From Amphiscolops sp. MND2022 (taxonomy: Eukaryota), in NCBI GenBank assembly GCA_964187785.1, contig OZ076415.1, positions 52,328,001-52,392,000 of the forward strand: DNA of 64,000 nt. The letters run 5' to 3'. Each line of letters begins with the position of its first letter. The first letter of the stretch is position 1. Of the stretch, positions 25,401 to 40,400 are shown in pieces. Position numbers and translations under genes: made by a program. The notes under the pieces were generated by a model. It saw only the letters and a list, made by a program, of their open reading frames with translations, searched no databases and was not told the DNA's origin.

Positions 25401-28400
25401 TTAGCAAAAACTTCTTACATTCATAAGTACGTAAGCCTTCGAGTATTTTGAAAATACTTAATATAAGTCTGCTGGTTATCTGCTGAACAGATCGGTTAAA
25501 CAGGAACCTCAAACGAACCTGTTAACGTTGTATTTGAATAAATGTAAGTACAAATATTCGTTCAAATGTACAAAACTGACCTTGGATTTCAGGAAGTTTC
25601 AATGTTGCATCTCTTATTCATAGCCATTGATCATTTCAGTTATCGTGGCCCTGCAAACCTATGTAGTACCTCCGTATACAAAGATTTTCCAAGCTCCAAA
25701 TTGAGGTCTTGTTTTTCAGAATGAATCCGACATCGATGACTGCTCTGGGCCCTGCCCTTTTGTACTCGGTGGCCATAGCTGGCCAGAAGAACGGCAGCAA
25801 AGTCATCATGTGTACAGACGGCATGGCCAACGTGGGTGTTGGTAGACTGGACCATTCAGACAGAGACGATGAATTCTACTCTTATGCCGCAGAGTATGCA
25901 AACGAACTCGGGTATGCTAATTAATACACTGCTCTTTTCATCATTATTTTCCGCCTATATCTTTATATGCAAAAGGAAAGTTACCGAGCCGCGTTTTAAA
26001 AGTGATTTTGCCATGTTCCATTTTTACACCCAAATAATACAAATTCTTCCACAGAGTCCAACTACCTTAAAATGGGTTCGAGCATATACACTTAGGTACC
26101 AAAAAGCTCCGTATTCGATTCGAAAAATTTCAAAATCACAATAAATTTTTACATGATCAATTCATACAAAAGTCGCAGCGGAAAAACGATCTCAATTCTT
26201 TGGTCAAAATTGGAGATTTTCGTTTTCAAATCAGACAAACTTTCAAAGGCGATAACACTTTGTTCTTTTTTGACTTTCGGCTCCTGTGGAAACTGATCAG
26301 GCAGTATCTCGAAAACCGCTGTTAGTAATACAAAATGCCAAGACAGACCTTTGATTTTTGTACCTTTGATTAAGATCTCAGAGAATGATCGCATGATGCA
26401 AATTCTTCAATTTGTATTTGTGAAAAACGTTTCAGCGAATTTCGACTTGTTTCTGTGAATCCTTTTTCAAGAATGCATTTTCAGAAAGTGTTTAAAATGA
26501 AAGTTAAATAACAGTGTCATGAACGGCTGGCTAAATGATCGGTTTTTCTTCTGACCCGTAGTATAAATTTTTTGCCAAGATAAGATTTTTTGCGTCCTAA
26601 GAAACGCTTTCAAATATTGTGTCTGACATTAATTTGTAACAAAAAACCCTAGTATGGGCATCTTTTCCTGAAGAACACTGAATTTTTCATTACAGAAGTA
26701 TGCTGTTGAGTGGCGTATAAATAGCTAACTTAATGTCAATTTTCTCATTTTACGTCGCAGCAAGGAAAACTTCCTTGTAAATATGAAAGGGTATAGGGTA
26801 AATTGAGTTTTATGCCAAACCCGATTTGCATAATGGTAGAATGATAAAAAGATTAGAATGTTAAAGAAAAATCTGCCAGTTTGATGTTTTCTTTTTATTG
26901 GACTTTTAAAATGTTCATTAGGCGGGTTCATTGAATGTCAGCATCGGTGGTCTACCTGAAGTTTATTACTTTGATCTTTGTTTCTGACAGAGTTACCGTG
27001 TCTGTGCTGGCCATCGAGGGGTCAGAAGTGGGACTGGCCTCGTTGGGACAAGTGGCTGACCTGACCAATGGGGCAGTGAATATTGTCAAGAGCACCAGTC
27101 TTGGCGTCGAGTACTCTGGAATAGTCTCCCAACGCATAGTGGGATCCCGCGTTGAAGTAACCCTAGTTCTGCATTCTTCATTGTGAGTTAATTCCATTCA
27201 TCTCTCTTTTTGATTAGGACAATCTCAAATGCTGTCAACGTTTCATCTATCTACCGTACTTCTTAGTCATCAGAATTACAAGATCTGTAAGAAAGTGAAA
27301 GGTTTGGTTCAAGGCAAGATTGTAGCTGAATATGTCTGGAAGTCCGATCAGGGAGGCGATTGCTTGTTTTGAGTGCATTTTGAAGAACTTCTGTTTGACT
27401 TAACCATTAAAAATATATAATTTCAGATATATTCGAGACCAGCTAAACCCGTTGGACAAAACGAACTCCACTAAAACCCTGAAGATTGGAAATGTTTCGG
27501 CGGACACCGAGAACTTCTTCGAGTTCGGATTCAAGCCGAAGGGTGAGTACGCTAAAGACGCAGTTGCGCGGGTTTAATCCATGATAATTTCGCAGACTTT
27601 TTGTTGAGGCTTCGATGTTTAGGAAACATAAACTCAATTTCACAAAAAGGAATTTTAATGTCTCTTTTCCCGTGGATTGAAATATGTTCTGGAAATTACA
27701 TTAATTTGTTGTAATTTTACAGACAAACCCGAAAAACGAAAAGTGTCTGTTGACGACAATAACGCAGAAGATACAAAGAATGTCCAAAATGAGACAGATG
27801 AAGTGACTGACGAATCCAAAGAACCATCCAATCAGAATGAGCCAGGGCCTTCTTGTGACGAAAAAGTGAAGGTCGAACTACCGGAAGAAGGCAAGGCACC
27901 GGAAGCGGAAGAGGCGAAAGAACTTCCGTTCCAGTTGCAGATCACTTACACTAACAGACATAATGTGAAGATGACACGAATCATAACCAAGAAAATGCCC
28001 TGCAGTCGAAAGAGAGAGGACGCCGAAAAAGGTACGAAAGGAGAAAAACGCTTGCACATGTAACCGTGTTCGCGGCCGACGCGCTTATTTATAGCGCCAA
28101 GCCATATATGTTATCCAGAGCTCCTCTATAGTTACAAGTATTTTTTTGTTTGCAAGATTTCAAAAATCAAAAGATCAAACATTTTGTTACTACATGAAGA
28201 TATTGAAAATGCATCGAGATAGTATAATATAATGAGCAGCACTGTACGTTGCTGTTTTTTTCCTATCCAGTTTCGACACGTAATAGATTTTCACTTTTTT
28301 GCAACAAAATGTTTGAAAAATTTATGCGTAATGTAATTTAAAATAATACTCTGTTTACATTATTGAATATGCCTCTACAAAACAAACCCACCTCAAAAAC

Positions 28401-31400
28401 AAACAGTTGGAAGATGAATAGTTTCAACTATCATTTATCCTAAAATTGCTAAGAAAACGATATTCTTGCAAGTTTTTGAGGTAGGGGATTTCAATCACAT
28501 AGGGGAAAAGCTCAAAACACATTGGTTATCTGAAAAAGCTGATAGCTACTCTAGATCAAAGAGAAATTGCAGTAATAAAGTTTGAAAAAAAATTGTAGCT
28601 CAGGATCCCACAATGTCTTCGGTTTCCTCTGAATTTTCCAAGATTTAACTTTTGAAGGTGAAGGGTGTTGTACTCTAAGGCTAAAGAGCTAAGAGAGGGA
28701 AAACAATATAAAATATAGGGTTTCTAATTTCGTAACTTTATCTCAATACAAACGTATCACAAATGAATGTATTCAATCTAAGTTGTTTACGAGTTTGTTT
28801 ACTAACAACTCGTATAGTCCTCTAGACTAATGTTAATGAATCGAAACCCGGTAAAGATCAAAATGACGGATGAAACGTATAACAAAGGGATCCTTGTTGG
28901 GTAGAGAAAAGACAATCGACGAAAGCGTGCAACTTAATTTTCAAGACCATAAGGTGAAAAGAAACTGTCAAACTCTAACTGAGCATGAGTTGTTTAACAA
29001 CATTTGTTTTTTATCTGGTGCTGAACTTGAATGTACTACTACATTGACTCTTCCATGTTGAGGTATTTGGAGTAATTTTTTGTTTCAGAGGTTAACATGG
29101 CTATTCTGGGAGCCCATTCGGTGCAGAATGCAGCCGTCATTTCGAAAGAACGCGAGTACACAAAGGCGAGAAAAGATGTTTACTCCAAGAAGATGTTGCT
29201 ACTCAGAATGGAAAAGTTAGTATACATAAGAAACCTTGAGTTCCATACCTACGCACGCAACCAACCTGAAGGTGCACGTATGTTAGGAATAATTTCTTTG
29301 ATTTTCAGTCGACTATCTAGATGAGAAAAATTGTTCTGTCAACCGCTTTTCTCTCCCAACTCGTTTGCCATTTCCCATTTTCTGTACCCAACACAAAAGC
29401 TTTCCTCCAAAATCTTAACAAAAACACTGAAATTTGTAACGTCACAATCATAATCAATAGTGTGAAACTACAAAACAATTAGCTACGTAGCCTTATTATT
29501 TCAGCTCGGAGCCTACCACCGGCAAGCTTACTGTTCCTTCTCAATGGAAAAAGACACCAGGAAAACAAGATTTTATATCCTTCTTTCGAAAAAAGCGCAA
29601 ACGTTTTGATCTATTGTCAGCTATGATTTAGGTGCCGTGATGAGTCACCAAAACATTATCGAACTGTTTAGATGTTCAAGTGTTAAGCGAATGAATTATT
29701 TTCTGTTAGAAAATAACGAACAAACAAGCTCGTTCCCCAATGTACGAATCACAGGTACGGTGAGAAGTAGCAAATTTTATTCTATGAAAGGAAAAAAATA
29801 ATTTCATCGTTTGCTCAAATATAGAATACACCATTTTGTTCAGGCCTTTTTTATTTTACGCCGATATTTCATATATGGGAAAAGAAAATATTTAAATCAA
29901 ACGTTTTTTTTTACAAAATTTGCCAAGCACCAAATTTATAATTAACTTTAAGGGTGTTACTCATAGAATTCAACTCACATAAATTTAGCTTCGTGCGATT
30001 TGTATTTGCGGAGATTTCCGGACTTTTTTAGTTGACCCCAAGGACCTAGAATGACCCAAAAATAACCCCAAAAATAGTAAAATTTTCAGGTTTTTGACGT
30101 TTTTGTGCAATTTTTGTCAAATTATCGATCGATTTCGTGGCTTAGAATGTTGAAAAGGTTCAACAAGGCAGGAAGTTGTTGTCCAGCAGTCGTTTATGAA
30201 GAGATAAATGCGGTTTTTTGGAAAGAAAAAGACCCAAAAATGACAAAAAACAAAAAACTTTCCGATTTTTAACGTTTTTATGCAGTTTTTGTCAATTTCG
30301 ATAGACTCCGTGTATTAAAATAATGGAAACATTCAAAATGGCACTAATTCGTTGTCCAGTAAGCTTTTCTGAGGAAATAATTGCTGTTTTCCATATGAAC
30401 AAAATCTCCAATTGACACCGAAAATGACAAAAAAAACCAAAGTTTTCAATTTTTCAAATTTTTAACGAATTTTTTGTCAAATTTTCAACAGACGTTGTGG
30501 ATTGGAATGTTTCAAAGGGTCATCAAGGTAGCAGTCGGTTAACCAATACTCTTTTCCGAAGAGTTTATTGCATTTTTCTCAATGAAAATGTCTCAAATTG
30601 ACACCGAAAATGACAAAAAGTCCCAAAGTATTTCCAATTTTCAATGTTTCTATGCATTTTTTTGTTAACGTTTCAACAGACTTCGTGGATTGGAATGTTT
30701 TAAAGGGTCAAAAAGGAAAGAGTTGGGAGTTCGCTAGTCTTTTATGAAGAGATGTTTGCAATGTTTTGAATGAAAATGTCTCAAATTGACACCGAAAATG
30801 ACAAAAAGTCCCAAAGTTTTCCAAATTTCAAATTTTATGCATTTTTTTCCCAAATTTTTGACAGACTTGGTCAATTGGAACGTCGAAAAGGGTCAACAGG
30901 GAAAAAATGTGTTGTTCAGTATGCTTAGACAAGAGATAAATGAAGGTATTCGAGAAAAAACTGTCCGGAATTGACAACCAAAAAGACAAAACTTCGAAAG
31001 TTATCCCGGTTTTTACTTTTTTAGTTTTTGTCAAAATATCGATAGACTTCGGGGACTAGAAAATTAAAAAGCCTAGGGCATGGGCAAACTTGTTGTGTCG
31101 GTTTTTTCGTTTTCGATGCAGTTTCTGTCAAACTTCCGAGAGATTTCGTTATAGGTTCCAACACAATCAACAACAAAAGAACGAGCTATGCAATATTTTT
31201 TTTTGAATTTTTGAAATTACTTCTGAACACTTCAGAATGACTTCAATCGTGTCGAAAATTTTCAATATCTTCGTTTTTGTGCAACTAAAGTACTTTTTGA
31301 ATCGATTTGGAGTCAGAATGATGGCAATCGTTCAACAAAGATTGAACTCATGATCCAGTAGGCTTTTAAAGGAATATTTGCGGACTTCGGTGGGAAAACG

Positions 31401-34400
31401 GCTCAAAATTGGCCGTAAAAGAAAAAATTGTCGAAAATTTTGTCATTCTAATATCTTCAGTGATTTTTTTGAATAGAACCTCTGATTATCTGAGCGTTGA
31501 AACAATAAGGTATCCAAAGCGCAAGCGCAATTGGGGAAAAAAGGGGATGAAGTTCATCGAGTTTAGAACAACGGTGTCAAAGTTTCCCAACTTTCTTTGT
31601 TTTCGACAACATTGTCCTAATTCTGAACCCTTTCCGAAAATTTACTTCATTCGGAAATACCGTAGGCTCAGGTTTGAAACCTGAGCAACCGGTAGTGTTT
31701 CGAAAAGACATCAGACGTGTTTATTTGATAAACTTTCAAAAACTTTACTTAAAATACGTAAATTTTGACGTCATTTATCCAATATTTAATATTCAAAAAC
31801 CTCCAAGTAAAACCACTAGATATGGAGTACACCTTCCAAAAGAAGATGTTTGGAGCTACTTCGTGGGTTAGAATGGTGTAAACATTCAACAACAGCCTAA
31901 TTCGTTGTCCAGTAGGCTTATTGTTGAAGAGACATGTGTAGATGTATATTAGAAAAGTTCCTAAAAATGACACCAAAGTTGTCTAAACTATTTCCAATTT
32001 TTGACACTTCGTGAAATTATGTGCAATTATGCGCTCAACTTTCCTAAATTTGCGAAGGACCTGGTTTCAGCTTTCACCATTTTCTCAGTGCCAAATATTA
32101 ACTCAAGAAAGACCACTTTTTTCCAACAGGAATTACAAAAACTTTATTGGTTTTTTTCCGATGAAGTTCTTTGTTGGCGAAACGAGTTTCAGCTCGCAAA
32201 ACTACTTTTCTCAAGACGAAATTAGCTCTGAAAGCAAAGGGATCCCCTTTGACCTAATGAAAGTTTCGGAAAGACGCACGGATTTGAATAAAACTGGAAT
32301 GAGGTAATATCCACAATCAAAAGGAAACTTCTTTAGATCTATATGATCGAAAGTAACAAGGGAGTCACCCTCAAGACTCAGGAAACTTGTTTTCTCCACA
32401 GAAAACTTCAAAAACTAAAAATTGCGAAACTTGTAGAAACATTTCTGCAAAAAGAATTAGAATATTTTCTTTTCTCGGTAAGTCGCATAGTACCGAAAGA
32501 AAAAAAAACGAAAAGTGGCCAGTTATCGCAGAATCAAAAAATGTGTTTCCTTTAAAAATGGGCTAAGATGAATAAAAGTTTTTTTCGAACTTTGCGTTTT
32601 CATAGTGCATTGACTATTCGTGATCCTCAAATTTTGGTAGTTGTTGAACAGTTTGGGGCAGAAATTATCTCGTTTTATCATTTTTTGAGTTTTAAGTTCT
32701 GAAAATAGTTTTTGTGTCAATCCTGAGGAGCCACACCAATGTTGAATGTTGCTATAACTGTTTTAATCTCTAAATACTTGGTTCGAAAACGTTATTGTTT
32801 TAAAGAAGTTACTATCTTCCTGTATCTGAATCTCAACGAATATCAAATTGTACTAAATGGTAACAAATCTAACATGAAGAGACGGCAATTAGAATTTGTT
32901 GGTCAATAGCACCAAGTATCTCTGTCTGCTTTCCGTATTGATACGGTTGAAGGTCTGTGTATGTCAAGACCGCCCTTCCGGGTTGGTTCGCTAAAGTGTT
33001 GCTGAGAGTTTTGTATGACCTTATTTTACAGATTTTCTGATCTTCTTGCTGTACTGTGCGGTGGTTCTCTTCTTCAGTCTCCTCGTTGTTGTTGGTGCCC
33101 TTTCCTGTAATTACCGTTATTAATTAATTTCTTTTTACTGTTATTAGTATAGTATGGTACTCCGCCTACTTTTTTTGGTTTGTTTTGCAAAGGGCAGTCT
33201 ATTTGATCTTCTAATCCGAATTTTTGCGGTTCTATTTCATTTTTTCCTTTATGTATACTTTGGTCGGGATTAGTTTGTTTTCTTTTGGGAGCAGTTGTAA
33301 TTCATCGTCATTGTTGGTGTGGACTGGTTCGCATTCAGATTTGTTGTAACAGTCGATTTCCTCGTCCGATTCAATGCTCAGGTTTTGGTCCACTTCCCTT
33401 TGTGTTTTTGTTGGGTGACATGAATTGTTCTTGATTGTTTCTTGGCTGGTCTTTCCTTCCTTCTCGCCAGTCCTCGCTTCTGGCTAGTCCTCGCTTCTTT
33501 CGTGGTTTATGGGTTGGGGCGTATATACACGGAATGCTGCCACAGTTTTCCGTGTCCAGGGTTTTTGAGCAGGATGCTTGGTCTGCATTGTTTTGGCGGA
33601 TGTTTATCCGGTTTGTTGGAGCGGCGATTGTATTGTGAAATGGTAACGGGTTGGAGATCAGTTTTTTATGTACTATTTTATGTTTCTTTGTGGTTACGGA
33701 ATGTTCTGTACCCGATATCGCAGTTTGTATTTTTTTTTAATTTGCAGTCTAGCTATTCTTTATTGTAGTTCTTTTTATCGAATTTAAAGGGTTATTTGAA
33801 AATTTTCCATATTAATCGAACCGGTCGGCTTCTTGGTCTGTGAGAAGGCCATTCCCCGTCTGGGCTTCGGTTTGGCCATCTTCTTCTTTGACATGACCAG
33901 GTGGTCAGTTTTTTCACCGGCCGAATTTCTGGTGATATAGACTGAGATGTCTTTTGAGTCCACTAAAACGGATTTTTTGATGTTAGTTTAGTTCTGGGTT
34001 CTCTCCCGAAATGAATTTCAAACGGTGCTTTCTTGATTTCGGAATGTGTCGTGAATCTTAGTACGTGGAGTGCTCTGTTTACGTTCTCGCGTGAACGGTG
34101 TTATCTTATAAATTCGCCAGTATTAGATTCTTCATTGATTGGATGTTCGTTCGACCAATCCGGTACCGGTATGCAGGTTCGCAGTACCGTATTCACAGTA
34201 TGTAATTTGTGATTTGCAGAGTTCTTTCTACTCTTTTGAGATAAAGGCACCGCTTCTATTGCATTTAATTCGTTTTGGCACTTCGTAAACATTTATAAAA
34301 TCATTCAGAAAAACTATTACGGTTTCATGGTTGTATACTTGCATACTTGTATATCCACCGGCCATTTTCGTCTACTGCAATTAGTTCATATGGATTTGAC

Positions 34401-37400
34401 TGTAGTTTTTTGTTGTTCAAGGTTTCAGTGAAATCGTTTTGGATTTCTTCATCCGGCAACTTATTTTTTGGTGGTTCTGTTTTTTTTATTTAAAAGTGTC
34501 GGGAATTTTAGGTTTTTAACGGCGTTGAGGCATGCTGAGCAGGTTTTTGTTTTGTCTTCTATGTCTGCCCGCATTTTCAGCCACCAGAAAATTGCTGCGT
34601 TCTTACACATTTTGTTGATCCCGGATGTGCGAAATGTAAGACGTTGACTGCGGCGTAGCGTAGTGTCTTCGGCACAAATATTTTATCGTCCACCAGCGTT
34701 ATGCCCGAGCGGTGGGTAAGTTTTCTGGCCACTGATTCGTATTCGTTGCCGATTTAGTTGAGGTTGTTGTCTTCAATGCAGCAGTTTAGTTCTGTCAGGT
34801 CNNNNNNNNNNNNNNNNNNNNNNNNNNNNNNNNNNNNNNNNNNNNNNNNNNNNNNNNNNNNNNNNNNNNNNNNNNNNNNNNNNNNNNNNNNNNNNNNNNN
34901 NNNNNNNNNNNNNNNNNNNNNNNNNNNNNNNNNNNNNNNNNNNNNNNNNNNNNNNNNNNNNNNNNNNNNNNNNNNNNNNNNNNNNNNNNNNNNNNNNNNN
35001 NCGGTTCTATTTCATTTTTTCCTTTATGTATACTTTGGTCGGGATTAGTTTGTTTTCTTTTGGGAGCAGTTGTAATTCATCGTCATTGTTGGTGTGGACT
35101 GGTTCGCATTCAGATTTGTTGTAACAGTCGATTTCCTCGTCCGATTCAATGCTCAGGTTTTGGTCCACTTCCCTTTGTGTTTTTGTTGGGTGACATGAAT
35201 TGTTCTTGATTGTTTCTTGGCTGGTCTTTCCTTCCTTCTCGCCAGTCCTCGCTTCTGACTAGTCCTCGCTTCTTTCGTGGTTTATGGGTTGGGGCGTATA
35301 TACACGGAATGCTGCCACAGTTTTCCGTGTCCAGGGTTTTTGAGCAGGATGCTTGGTCTGCATTGTTTTGGCGGATGTTTATCCGGTTTGTTGGAGCGGC
35401 GATTGTATTGTGAAATGGTAACGGGTTGGAGATCAGTTTTTTATGTACTATTTTATGTTTCTTTGTGGTTACGGAATGTTCTGTACCCGATATCGCAGTT
35501 TGTATTTTTTTTAATTTGCAGTCTAGCTATTCTTTATTGTAGTTCTTTTTATAGAATTTAAAGGGTTATTTGAAAATTTTCCATATTAATCGAACCTGTC
35601 GGCTTCTTGGTCTGTGAGAAGGCCATTCCCCGTCTGGGCTTCGGTTCGGCCATCTTCTTCTTTGACATGACCAGGTGGTCAGTTTTTTCACCGGCCGAAT
35701 TTCTGGTGATATAGACTGAGATGTCTTTTGAGTCCACTAAAACGGATTTTTTGATGTAAGTTTAGTTCTGGGTTCTCTCCCGAAATGAATTTCAAACGGT
35801 GCTTTCTTGATTTCGGAATTTGTCGTGAATCTTAGTACGTGGAGTGCTCTGTTTACGTTCTCGCGTGAACGGTGTTATCTTATAAATTCGCCAGTATTAG
35901 ATTCTTCATTGATTGGATTGTTCGTTCGACCAATCCGGTACCGGTATGCAGGTTCGCAGTACCGTATTCACAGTATGTAATTTGTGATTTGCAGAGTTCT
36001 TTCTACTCTTTTGAGATAAAGGCACCGCTTCTATTGCATTTACTTCGTTTTGGCACTTTGTAAACATTTATAAAATCATTCAGAAAAACTATTACGGTTT
36101 CATGGTTGTATACTTGCATACTTGTATATCCACCGGCCATTTTCGTCTACTGCAATTAGTTCATATGGATTTGACTGTAGTTTTTTGTTGTTCAAGGTTT
36201 CAGTGAAATCGTTTTGGATTTCTTCATCCGGCAACTTATTTTTTGGTGGTTCTGTTTTTTTTATTTAAAAGTGTCGGGAATTTTAGGTTTTTAACGGCGT
36301 TGAGGCATGCTGAGCAGGTTTTTGTTTTGTCTTCTATGTCTGCCCGCATTTTCAGCCACCAGAAAATTGCTGCGTTCTTACACATTTTGTTGATCCCGGA
36401 TGTGCGAAATGTAAGACGTTGACTGCGGCGTAGCGTAGTGTCTTCGGCACAAATATTTTATTGTCCACCAGCGTTGTGCCCGAGCGGTGGGTAAGTTTTC
36501 TGGCCACTGATTCGTATTCGTTGCCGATTTAGTTGAGGTTGTTGTCTTCAATGCAGCAGTTTAGTTCTGTCAGGTCGGGGTCGGTGGCTTTAGTCAGCAT
36601 GAAGTTTAACTCGGCCGCCCTGACGTTGTCCTCCTGCTGTTTGTTTCTGGTAGCTTTTTAATCTACAACCCGGTTTATTCGGACGTAGTGGACGGCTCTG
36701 TCCTCGATGGGGTTGTTGCGGTAATCTTGACCTGTATAGCAAGGTATACTCCTGGTTCATGTGTTGCCACGGCTTCGTCCTGATTCGATGAGGTGGTGGA
36801 TTCAGTATCTCTTGTTGTTTCATTTCTTCCGTCCATTTGATCTGGGCCCTGTGGCACCGGTGGTATCTCGTCGTCGAAATTCCGGATGTCACCTCCACTG
36901 ATGCGTCTTCCTTTCGTTTCAGTTGCATGTCTCTTCTCTTTATCTCCTTTCTCTCATCTTCCGGCCTTCTTGGGACGGACGTAAATGTCTCTGCCGAGGC
37001 TTCTATCTCCATGTGGCTGCATTACTCTTGGTTCAATCCGTCTGTTTACTAGCTCCGCAATCGGGGGATTTTTCTCGTTTGTTGGGTTTTGACATGATTT
37101 GATCATTTGCGCCCCAAAGGTATCGCAGTTGTACGTCTGATTGGAAGAATTTCGCGTTCTGGTTATCGTTGTTATTGATTGTTGAAGAGTTCACGGTTGT
37201 ATTGTTGATAAACGGCTGTAATGTGTAGTATTTAGAATTGATATGGCTTTTTCGTGATTGGCAGCGCCGCGTATTAATTAGCGTGCGCGTATCAGGCATG
37301 TTCGTTTCACTGATGGTGTTCTCGGCTTCTGATTGGTTGAAAATTCGTCCTATACGGGCGTGTACCGATGCAAGTTGCGCGATGGCGCTGACTACAATTT

Positions 37401-40400
37401 CTTTTCCGTAACTTTTTTCCGGTTCCGGTTTTTTTGGTAGGAGTTCGGCTGATAAAGTCTGAAATTTGATTTCGTTCCCGGCGGTATAATTTAGTCTGAT
37501 GTCGAAGTGGTTTAGAATGTCCAGCAATCTTGTTAGCGTTGCGCTGTATTTTTTGTTGGCGTTGTTTTTTTTAGTAGTGGTTCGAGTGCTTGATGGTCCG
37601 AGAATAATTGGACTTGTTTCCCGTATAGGTAAAATCGGAATCTCTCTTCCACAAACTACGGCCACTAGGTCCCTTTCGCATCTTGAATATTTCTGTTTCG
37701 CGTCGTTCAAGTAGCGGCTGGTGAATGCAATGGGTTTCAATTCCCCGTTTCCTTGTTTTTGCCATTGAGCTACTGCAAGGCCTGTATTGCAGGCATCAGT
37801 TGTGACGTTATCTTCTCTGTTTCCGTTGTAGTGGGCGAGGCACGGTATGGATGTTAGTTCTTGACTTATTGTGTTGAACTGTGTTGCGTACTTCTGTCCA
37901 GCCTCTTTCGTCCCTTTCCTTAGTAACCGTCTCATTTTGTCCGCTTTCTAAGGAGAGGTGTGGTATAAAGTTTGCGAAGTAATGAATTGGATATTGGATC
38001 TTGGTCATTTCTCAAAAGCTCTTTGGTTCAATAGTTCTTCCATGTTTGACATGTGCGGTCTTTTCTTCACAAAACTCTAGTTCAGTTTGCGGGCGTTCAT
38101 TGCGACTTTTACCCTTTTCCTTTACCGTAGTTACTACCGGTGATACAAAACAACCTTCTTCGGTTTTTACTAGTCTTTCAAGGTGTCCGGACTTCATTAA
38201 TCGGTCAAGATCGTTCTTTACCTCTTGTTGCAAGTGATAAAGTATCGGTTTTGCCTTTTGGTGGATCGTGTAGCATCCTGGTTATATGCATGTTTACCTC
38301 CGGGTTCTTGATTGCATGGTTCGTTTCATACAGTTTGTGGAATTTTGTATGTATTGCGTTTTTTTTTGGTTGGCAAATTCGTCCAATGGGATTCTGTTGA
38401 TAGTGATTGGCAATTGTTTTAGCCAATTTACACCTAGTAGTGGTGTGATATCGTTTCTTCGTGTGATAAGTTTTGGTAATTTTGTAAATTCGAATTATTA
38501 TTCGATATCTGCCCATACTTTCCCCAGGAATTTGATTTCGTTTTGGTTCACATCTTTGTATCTTTCCTTTAGTGATTGGATGTCCTTTTGGCTGTATTTT
38601 TCCGGTTTATTCGGCATGAGCGTAACCGAAATCCGGTGTCAATTGTGAAGTTTTTGGTTTTCGCGTTGATTTTCATTTTGATTTTTTAATGGTCGTTCTT
38701 GTCCGCTAGTATTCAGTTAATTTGTGTTATTTGTTGGATTTCTTCGGGTTCACTTTCTACTTCGTCGTAGTATGTTTCCCCGAAATCCCCAATGTTGTTT
38801 ATTTTTTCTTGCGTTTCGGTGCTGCTGCGGCATACTCTTGCAAATTGTCTCATCTTGTGGCGTTAATTGCATCCCGTTGTTTTTGCAGGGCATTTGTGTA
38901 GTGGTATCCAAAATTGCTGTCCGCAGAATCCGCAGTCATCTTACTTTTGTGGTGGTTTTCCGGTAAAAGTGTTGTATGTTCGATGGCTTTTTTGGATTTT
39001 TTGAATTGGTTTTTGTTGTTTTTTCGTTTACCAGTGCTGTGGGTATTGTTGATTGTTTATGTCTTTTCTCGTAGCTGTCTGGGTTACTAAGTCCAACGTT
39101 GTTATGAGATTCAATATTTTTCCCTGAATAGGTTTTTCCCGTAATTTTTTATTTGTGTTACTGGTGATCAAGTTTGAGAAAAGTAGGTCCTCTTGTTTGA
39201 TATCTTTGAATTCGAAGTTTCTCTTCAGGGATACTAGCTTTCTCCAGTTTTCTTCAGGGGTTTCATTTTCTTCCTATATTGCCCAACAGAAATCTCCTCG
39301 ACTGTGGTACGTATTTCGCTTCGATATGTAATAGTCTTTGAATAGTTGTAGTAGTCTTTCCGTGCTCCGTGTTTATCGTGTCAGGGTCTGTGTTAAATTC
39401 TCCTTTAGTTATATTCTCGATTGCTGACGGTCCGGCTCCCCAGATGAGGTCTTGTCTCATTTCTGGTTCTTTTCCTGTCCATCTGTTGCTGATTGGTATT
39501 GTTTGCCCGGATCATGCCGGTTTTATGTCAATATCATAGATCCGTTTGGTATAGTGCTGTAGACTTTCCGTCCATTCTTTTGGTGTGTTTATCTTCTTAC
39601 CGTGGAGTCCGGTGTCTCCGAGATACGGTAACTGTATATTGCTAGTGGCCGTTGTCATCGCTTTTTGGTTGGTGAAAATTAGAGTTTGTACGGTAAAAAG
39701 GAAATGTGGGGTGAAATCATGCTACTCCGTCATGTTGTAATCTCTAAATACTTGGTTCTAAAACGTTATTGTTTTTGGGAATTAATTATCTTGTATCTGA
39801 ATCTCAACGTATATTAAATCGTACTGAATGGTAACAAATCTAAGTAACGTAAATAGACAGCAATTAGAGTTGTTGGTCAATAGCACCGAGTATCTCTGTC
39901 TGCTATCCGTATTGATACCGTTGAAGGTCGGTTGAAGGTCTGTGTATGTCACAAAAACAATGTTTCCAATGCCACGTATTGGTAGCACTTACCTGATGTG
40001 AACATAGCGTAATTAGTTGTTACTGTGGTATTTTGGACTTTTTTGTCTATGGCGCTTTTGTCTGTGTTTTTGGCCCTTTTATCTGTAAGCTCTTCTGTCT
40101 GTAATCTTTTTTGTGGAATCATCTGATGTTTCAGATCGTTATTCCATTGTTCATTGTAAGTTATCCTCGTTCTTTGAAAAAAGTTTTCGACTGGTTTCAT
40201 TCGGTGAGGAGTGTTTCTTACATTTTTTCCCACTGGAAAGTTTTTTGCTCGAGGTTGCCTCATTCGATATCACTCGACCCATTCTTTTGGATGCCCGACA
40301 TCTTTTGGTCTGACTTATGTTGGAACACGCACACCACACGCAACAGTGGCATCAATGTGTTGACAACTTTCGCGCTTTGGAACAACCAACGCTTTGCTGT

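Noticed and set aside
29948-29960. Kolobok assignment from TTAA|GG
   Set aside because: Homology between the two copies continues about 30 bp beyond the TTAA, so it is not the terminus or a TSD.
33435-35561. Plus-strand hydrophobic ORFs in the duplicated segment
   Set aside because: They are antisense shadows of the decayed Gypsy element's 3' region.
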